This document shows positions 55,773 to 61,134 of a stretch of 64,000 nt of DNA, piece by piece. Under the pieces are notes generated by a model. That model worked only from the letters and a program-made list of their open reading frames with translations. It made no database searches and was not told where the DNA came from. The position numbers were made by a program, and so were the translations under genes. Within the stretch, counting starts at the first letter, position 1. Each line of letters starts with the position of its first letter. This DNA is from an uncultured Gammaproteobacteria bacterium (GTDB lineage: Bacteria; Pseudomonadota; Gammaproteobacteria; DRLM01), in contig CAVSNY010000007.1 in NCBI GenBank assembly GCA_963729605.1, forward strand, positions 1,152,001 to 1,216,000, read 5' to 3'.

Positions 55773-57797
55773 CTACGCAGGACCCTGTTTCCCGCCCGTG
55801 TCGCCGGCATTTTCCGCCGCCTGCGCGGGCGGCAGTAGAAACTCGCGGGGCCGCTGGCGGAGGCGCTCCAGATAGGCTTTGAGCACGCGATCGAGGGCGC
55901 CGATGCGCGCGCCCCGCGCCCGCAGCGCGACGTAGAGCGCGAGCGCGAAGCTCACCCACAGGTTCACCGTGCCGATCAGCAGCACGAACACGAAATAGGG
56001 CAGCAGCGCGAACACCTGGTCGAGCTGCGTGGCGGCCACGTAACCGAGATTGGCCGAGCCGAACGCCACATGCTGGATGTCGAGCGGCAGATGCAAGAGA
56101 TAGCCGAGATAGGCGGTGCCGCCCAGCAGGATGCCGAAGAAGAAGTTGCCGGCGAGCGCGCCGTAGTTGTGGCCGATGTATTCGGCGAAGCGATGGCGGG
56201 CCCGATCCGGCAGAATGCGCACGAGCACGGGATGGACGCGCAGCCGCGCCGGCAGATCGAGATAGGCGCAGCGGTTGTCGAAGAAGCCGGAGATCAGCCC
56301 CGCGACGAACAGCCACACGCCGGCGATGGCGGCGTGAAACAGCGCGAGCCCGGCGAAGGGGCTGAGCTTGTGGAGTTGGTAGTCGGCCCGCTCCGCATCC
56401 AGCACCGGTACGCCCAGCAGCTGGGCGTACAGCCAACCCACCAGCACGGCCACCGGCAGCGCGACGCCGACGTTGCCGAGCACGGCGACGAACTGCGAGC
56501 GGCCCACCAGTATCATCAGCTCGGCGAGCTTGGCCGGCTTCGCCATGCCCTTCTCGGTCTCCTCGATCGCGGCGGCGAGCCGCGCGGCGGTCATGGCCGG
56601 CTGCTTGGTCGCCACCGTGAAATGCAGGATGTGGATCAGCACGAAGCCGAGGCCGTAGTTGAGGCTCACCCACAGCGTCTTCCAGCCCGGGCTGAGCCCC
56701 ATGGCCTCGATGTGGATCTTGATCAGCGCCATGAAGGCGATGATGAAGCCGGCGCCGGCGCCGCTGCGCAGCATGTGCAGGTATTCGCTGCGGTCGGCGG
56801 TGATGTAATGTTCGCCGGTCACGCTGGCTTGTTCGGTGACGCTGCGCGACAGCAGCTTGACGTTGTCCTGCCACAGCGACCACAGGCCGTTGCGCTCGGC
56901 GTTGGCGAACACCAGCTCGCGGAACAACTGCATGATGGCCGCGCGCTGCGCGGTGAGGTCCGCCGGGTCCAGCATAGCGAGCAGGCCGGTGATGCGCGCG
57001 AGGGTCTGATCCAGGCGTTCCAGCAGATGGGTGAGCGAGATGCTGCTGCCGCGCATCACCGCGCGCTTGCGCAGGCGCTCGATCTGCGCGCGGCACTGCT
57101 CGAGCAGCACGCGGATATGCTTGTCGTCGTGGAACTCCGCGGTGTTGTCGGTGAGCCAAGTCCGATAGATTTCCACATAACGCGCCACCTCGCGCTGCAG
57201 CGCGACGAACGCGGAATGGTGGTCGGCGATATCCGGGTCGAGGCGCAGGAACTCCGGCTCGAGCTCCTCGGCGGCCACCCACACCGCCAGCATCTCGAGT
57301 GCATAGAGCGCCTCTGCGCGGGCATGCAGCGCCACCTGCGGCGACGCGCCGGTCAGCAAGCCCTCCAACAGCCGCCACCACGCGTCGTCGGGCAGCGCGA
57401 CGACCCAGCGCACATCGTCGCGGCGATGGAACACATAGGCCAGCAGGTCCTTGAGGTTGCCGCGGTCCAAAGGCCGCGGATTGATGCGTTCGTAAAGTCG
57501 CTCGCGAAACTCGCGCAAGAAACCGCGGCGCGAGAACAGGCCGATCTCGGTGTAGAGCGCAAGATGCCGCGCCGATCCCAGCTCCGTCTCCAGTCGCTCT
57601 GCGAGCCGTTGGCGCAGCGCCGGATGTGCGTCCAGCGCCATCACCAGCGTCTCGATCTTGGCGACCACCGCCGCGACGCCGCGTTCGGCCCGCGCCGGCC
57701 GCAGCCAGTCCACGATCAGCCGCAGGATATCGGCGAGATCGAGCGTGTCGTCGCCCTCCAGCCTCGCCAGCAGCGCTTGCTCGCTCGATGCGTTCAT
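55773..57797 (-). CDS. Gcr/'SpecificRecomb' family membrane protein of uncertain function
   Basis: TGEHYIT, SLNYGLGF, FTVATKQPAMTAA, PLDIQHVAF and NLWVSF motifs; multiple C-terminal TMs. Confidence 0.85.
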   Translation of the reverse strand: MNASSEQALLARLEGDDTLDLADILRLIVDWLRPARAERGVAAVVAKIETLVMALDAHPALRQRLAERLETELGSARHLALYTEIGLFSRRGFLREFRERLYERINPRPLDRGNLKDLLAYVFHRRDDVRWVVALPDDAWWRLLEGLLTGASPQVALHARAEALYALEMLAVWVAAEELEPEFLRLDPDIADHHSAFVALQREVARYVEIYRTWLTDNTAEFHDDKHIRVLLEQCRAQIERLRKRAVMRGSSISLTHLLERLDQTLARITGLLAMLDPADLTAQRAAIMQLFRELVFANAERNGLWSLWQDNVKLLSRSVTEQASVTGEHYITADRSEYLHMLRSGAGAGFIIAFMALIKIHIEAMGLSPGWKTLWVSLNYGLGFVLIHILHFTVATKQPAMTAARLAAAIEETEKGMAKPAKLAELMILVGRSQFVAVLGNVGVALPVAVLVGWLYAQLLGVPVLDAERADYQLHKLSPFAGLALFHAAIAGVWLFVAGLISGFFDNRCAYLDLPARLRVHPVLVRILPDRARHRFAEYIGHNYGALAGNFFFGILLGGTAYLGYLLHLPLDIQHVAFGSANLGYVAATQLDQVFALLPYFVFVLLIGTVNLWVSFALALYVALRARGARIGALDRVLKAYLERLRQRPREFLLPPAQAAENAGDTGGKQGPA

Positions 57798-57886
57798 GAG
57801 CGTGTCATCGTGTGGAAGGTCCGATCGTCAATCCATGGGGTATACGCGTTGGTTTCGATACGATACATCTGGTTAATGCGCGCAAG

Positions 57887-58051
57887 GCGATCGATCTGCT
57901 GAAGGCCTTCGTCAACATGGAAGACTTCCTGGCGAAAGACAACGGCCAGGAACAGCTGATCTGGAAGGTCGGCATCCACATGGTGCTGGTGCTCTCCGGC
58001 GTGTTGTTCGCGCTGATGGACCGCATGTCGGGAGAGAACAAGCACCACTGA
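57887..58051 (+). pseudogene. 3' fragment of a YqhA/UPF0114 membrane protein gene
   Basis: AIDLLKAFVN...LIWKVGIHMVLVLSGVLFALMDR resembles the family C-terminus; the N-terminal part is absent. Confidence 0.7.
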
Positions 58052-58079
58052 GCGGCGGCGTAGGCTGGCCGAGCGGCGC

Positions 58080-58364
58080 TCAATCGAAATCGAAGATCTC
58101 GCCGAGGAAGCCGCGCTTCTTCCGCTTGCCGTGATAGCCGTGATAATCGTCGTCGTAGTCACGCCGCTCGCGCGGACGTTCGGGCTGCTGCGGCGCCTGC
58201 TGTCGCGCGGGGCTCGGCGCAGCGTTCACGGTCGCGCGCTCGATCAGTTTGTCGAGCTCGCCGCGGTCCAGCCACACGCCGCGGCACTGCGGGCAATAGT
58301 CGACCTCGATACCTTGCCGGTCGGACATCGTCAACGTGACGTCTTTACATACAGGACACTGCAT
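58080..58364 (-). CDS. zf-TFIIB-type zinc-ribbon protein
   Basis: MQCPVC...IEVDYCPQCRGVWLDRGELDK...FLGEIFDFD; RBS GAGG. Confidence 0.9.
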   Translation of the reverse strand: MQCPVCKDVTLTMSDRQGIEVDYCPQCRGVWLDRGELDKLIERATVNAAPSPARQQAPQQPERPRERRDYDDDYHGYHGKRKKRGFLGEIFDFD

Positions 58365-58550
58365 ATTTCCACCTCGAAACATTGTGCGCCCGTTCGGGCG
58401 CGCTCGCGCAATCGATCATAGCACAGGCCTGCGTGGCCGCGGAGTCTTCGTTCGCCTGCGAGCGCCGCGTGGCTGCACTCCTAGCCTATCTTGCCAAAGC
58501 CATGCGGCGGAACGCCCTTTGGGCTTCCGCCTTACCGCGCTCTCCCAAGG

Positions 58551-58575
58551 GATAAATAAATCTGTCCCGGTTTTT
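58551..58575 (+). repeat. Repeat copy A, GATAAATAAATCTGTCCCGGTTTTT
   Basis: Identical to 60176-60200; inverted 21/22 match at 60064-60085. Confidence 0.95.
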
Positions 58576-58605
58576 TGTTGTTACCTATCTCCCCGACCGG
58601 TCATG

Positions 58606-58984
58606 TCACTTCTTGAGCTGCCGCGCCTCTTCAGGGACCTGAGTTATCGGAAGCAAAAGCGGCACCGAGAACTGAATCTTGTTGGTGGCCTGCTCTTTGT
58701 TTTCAGACTTGCCGCCAGCGCCGAGGTTAAACACGCTAGCTGCAACTCCGATTTTTGCGCTTGTGTTTGTACCTTCTTCCACTGTTAGTGCCACATCAAA
58801 GCTGACGATCCGCGCGAAGTTGTTTGTGCGGTTGTCCCAAGTGGCGTTCTCCCCGATTGAGGACGTGGTGCGCATTAGGCCGCCGGGATTCAAAGGCGCC
58901 GTGCTCAGCCGTTCGCTTCTGGGCTTCAACGACGCCCTCGACGATAGAAGCCAATGTTTCGGTTATGAACTGCTTAGGTTCCAT
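58606..58984 (-). CDS. Cassette gene, Trypco2-like small protein with one frameshift (~58892)
   Basis: MEPKQFITETLASIVEGVVEAQ joins ...VSFDVALTV...KIQFSVPLLLP in another frame; RBS GAGGAGG directly after the attC. Confidence 0.7.
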
Positions 58985-59000
58985 GCAACCTCCTCAAGAA

Positions 59001-59060
59001 ACCCAACGCCAAGCTAAGAGGCGCGACGACAGGAGTGTCCGCTTGAGCGCCGTGTTAGCT
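59001..59060 (-). mobile_element. Integron attC site (60 bp)
   Basis: Minus strand AGCTAAC-5-GCTCAAGC...TCTTAGC-5-GTTGGGT; the upstream gene's stop codon lies in the R'' box. Confidence 0.92.
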
Positions 59061-59828
59061 TACAATTTTTGCGATTTGCCACTGATTACCCTGAACGACA
59101 TAATTTGTTTTGCATTTGTTGCACTTTATCCGTAGACCCTGAGTCAACTCGCTTACCAAAATTGGTTTAATCGCTTTGCATTCCGGGCAACAGAAATCAA
59201 CAGCATTTAACGTAAAACACCATCCGCCATCTGGGTTTTCCGGAATATAAGTGGCATTACAATTGATATTAGGGCAGCATACTTCCTCAAGTTCGCTAAG
59301 GGCACTGGTACAGCATGTGATTTTTTCACCACACAAATTACAATCTATGGATACTGTTTTAGCAATGTTTGAGATTAGGGTTCCGCTTTCGACTCTTTCC
59401 AACTCAGAAATCACTGTATCCAAATATTCTCTACAAGCAGCATCCGCTTTCCTTGTTTCAATTTGTAAATGTAAAAAAGAACCAAGCGTATTGTAGTTTT
59501 TATTTATCCATGAGGAGGAAATTGCCTCATGGCGTCCAATTAAATTGAACTTTTTCGCTGGCTCTCCTGGTGATTCTTCTTCGCCAATACTTAATGTGTA
59601 TGATCTATCAGCATGAGGCTCAAGTTGGCAAAGTATTTTTATAGCTTTGTTTGGTTGCCACTTTTTAAATAAAAGCTTTGTCCCATACCGCTTAGAATAA
59701 AATTCCAATTTTTTATACACATGATACTCAATAGCCATACGAAGTTCTAAACAGGCATATATAACATCACTATCATTACCCGTAGATAATAATTTTTTGG
59801 CGTTCTTTAAATGTTCAGTGCGCATCAT
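59055..59828 (-). CDS. Cassette gene: HEPN-like helical domain with C-terminal double zinc ribbon
   Basis: AT-rich; YACLELRMAIE, YNTLGSFLH, then CNLC, CPNINC, CPEC and CNKC; bounded by GTTAGCT and AGCTAAC. Confidence 0.8.
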   Translation of the reverse strand: MMRTEHLKNAKKLLSTGNDSDVIYACLELRMAIEYHVYKKLEFYSKRYGTKLLFKKWQPNKAIKILCQLEPHADRSYTLSIGEEESPGEPAKKFNLIGRHEAISSSWINKNYNTLGSFLHLQIETRKADAACREYLDTVISELERVESGTLISNIAKTVSIDCNLCGEKITCCTSALSELEEVCCPNINCNATYIPENPDGGWCFTLNAVDFCCPECKAIKPILVSELTQGLRIKCNKCKTNYVVQGNQWQIAKIVS

Positions 59829-59835
59829 TGTATTA

Positions 59836-59881
59836 AGCTAACTTAAAGTAGACATCTTAATTGACGCCTTATAAGGCGTCA
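59836..59881 (-). mobile_element. attI-like site of integron unit 1
   Basis: TGTCTAC-5 nt-GTTAGCT, with the R box complementary to the cassette R''; perfect 20-bp palindrome at 59862-59881; lies between the intI stub and the first cassette. Confidence 0.8.
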
Positions 59882-59904
59882 TCACGTGTTCTAAATCTTT
59901 TCCC

Positions 59905-59933
59905 ATGGTAAAAGTACCCTGTATTATCAGCAA
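59905..59933 (-). promoter_or_regulatory. Candidate cassette promoter Pc
   Basis: Minus strand TTGCTG-17 nt-TACCAT pointing into attI. Confidence 0.6.
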
Positions 59934-59964
59934 GAAAATAAAATTTAGGGTGTTCTAATTAGAA

Positions 59965-60063
59965 ATGGCTAATACGGCATATCATTCACCCAAGCTGCTC
60001 GATTAGGTGCGGGCGAAGATTCGCCCCGAGCGCTACCGGTATTCGAAAAATTGGAGCACGGCG
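59965..60063 (+). pseudogene. intI: N-terminal stub of an integron integrase
   Basis: MANTAYHSPKLLD*VRAKIRPERY matches the IntI start PKLLDQVRxxIRxxHYS; divergent from the cassettes; ends at repeat copy B. Confidence 0.8.
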
Positions 60064-60200
60064 AAAAATCGGGACAGATTTATTTTATTCTCTCGTCAAT
60101 CACAAACTACTACGCATTTGGCACAGCCTTCTTACTATTTCTTCCACCTTGTCTACGAAATATACTTTCCAAAGAGATAAATAAATCTGTCCCGGTTTTT
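60064..60200. mobile_element. 137-bp segment bounded by inverted repeat copies B and C (MITE-like)
   Basis: AAAAATCGGGACAGATTTATTT ... AAATAAATCTGTCCCGGTTTTT. Confidence 0.75.
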
Positions 60201-60207
60201 CGTACAT

Positions 60208-60270
60208 CCTCAACGTAAAGTTGAGGAGCGCGCCATTTTTGGCGCGCTCCTCTCGAACGTAATGTTATGT
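60208..60270 (-). mobile_element. Integron attC site (63 bp)
   Basis: Minus strand ACATAAC-5-GTTCGAGA-GGAGCGCGCC/GGCGCGCT-CCTCAAC-5-GTTGAGG; the TIR gene stop lies in R''. Confidence 0.93.
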
Positions 60271-60999
60271 TCCAATTACCCCCTCCCTCTCTAGTACCCG
60301 CCTAATCTCTTCAAATACTGCCGAGATACGCCCTCTAGGAAATCTAATTTGAGACAAGCCAACGATATTCGTAAATTCTTGGCATCCTTCCTCAAGAAGT
60401 ATTATGGCTTTTCGTGGACCCAGCTTACCTTGAAATAGACCAACCTCATGAACCACGTTTTGTCGTGCATGGGTGGTGGTATCTGAATGCTGATCTTCGG
60501 CTGTCATGATAAGAAAAGCGAAACTAGCAGCATCCAACATATTCGAAATGCGCTCGAATGTGGCTATGCCAGCGACAGCCTCTCTATTAAACTCATCCCA
60601 TGGCAACGCTAAACGGTCAGTTAGGAAGTCTTTCAGTTCCCGCCAGATAGGTGACCGGCCATGCCCAATAAAAACACGAGAACCGAGATTTCTATTTACA
60701 AAAGCACAAACCCCAATTCTTTCAATTTCGGATACATAATCTTCTAATAGACGAGCTCGTTTCGTTAGCTCTTCGGTCGCATTTATATTGTCTGGTATCT
60801 GCTTTGGATAGAGTGAGATTGGCACCTCGTGGCTCACGCCGTAGATTTTTTTCAAGTGTGACCCTACTGCGCCACTCCACATCTTGAGTTGACCTATCTT
60901 TATGTCGCCCTTCGCTAACATGAGCTTTGCGCATTCTATAAAATGTCGCAATATAGTTAACAGTGCGGTTTCTTGTGGGCTTGATGATTCCACCATCAC
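60265..60999 (-). CDS. Cassette gene with a C-terminal CAP12/Pycsar-type TIR domain
   Basis: VFIGHGRS, FAFLIMTAED and ARQNVVHEVGLFQGKLG; AT-rich; followed by attC. Confidence 0.9.
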   Translation of the reverse strand: MMVESSSPQETALLTILRHFIECAKLMLAKGDIKIGQLKMWSGAVGSHLKKIYGVSHEVPISLYPKQIPDNINATEELTKRARLLEDYVSEIERIGVCAFVNRNLGSRVFIGHGRSPIWRELKDFLTDRLALPWDEFNREAVAGIATFERISNMLDAASFAFLIMTAEDQHSDTTTHARQNVVHEVGLFQGKLGPRKAIILLEEGCQEFTNIVGLSQIRFPRGRISAVFEEIRRVLEREGVIGT

Positions 61000-61007
61000 T
61001 CCTTATT

Positions 61008-61052
61008 GAAGAACATGTATTAGACACCCTAATTAGCGTCTTTCTTTACGCC
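61008..61052 (-). mobile_element. Second attI-like site
   Basis: TGTCTAA-5 nt-GTT; aligns without gaps to 59836-59880 (AAC-N6-TAGACA-N3-TAATT-RRCGYCTT-N6-CGYCA). Confidence 0.6.
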
Positions 61053-61134
61053 AGTGTGGTGTGTAATTCCAGCATCGTCAATATGGCGCAAGGGTCTATA
61101 AGAAATGGCCAGTTTTTATGCGGCCCAGAAAGTA

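Noticed and set aside
59919-59934. LexA box before the intI stub (CTGTATTATCAGCAAG)
   Set aside because: The position is plausible, but the right half lacks the required CAG, so it is at best a decayed site.
60100-60207. 35-codon ORF MYEKPGQIYL... after the TIR cassette's attC
   Set aside because: It reads through repeat copy C, so it is more likely a chance fusion of a cassette start with the inserted element.
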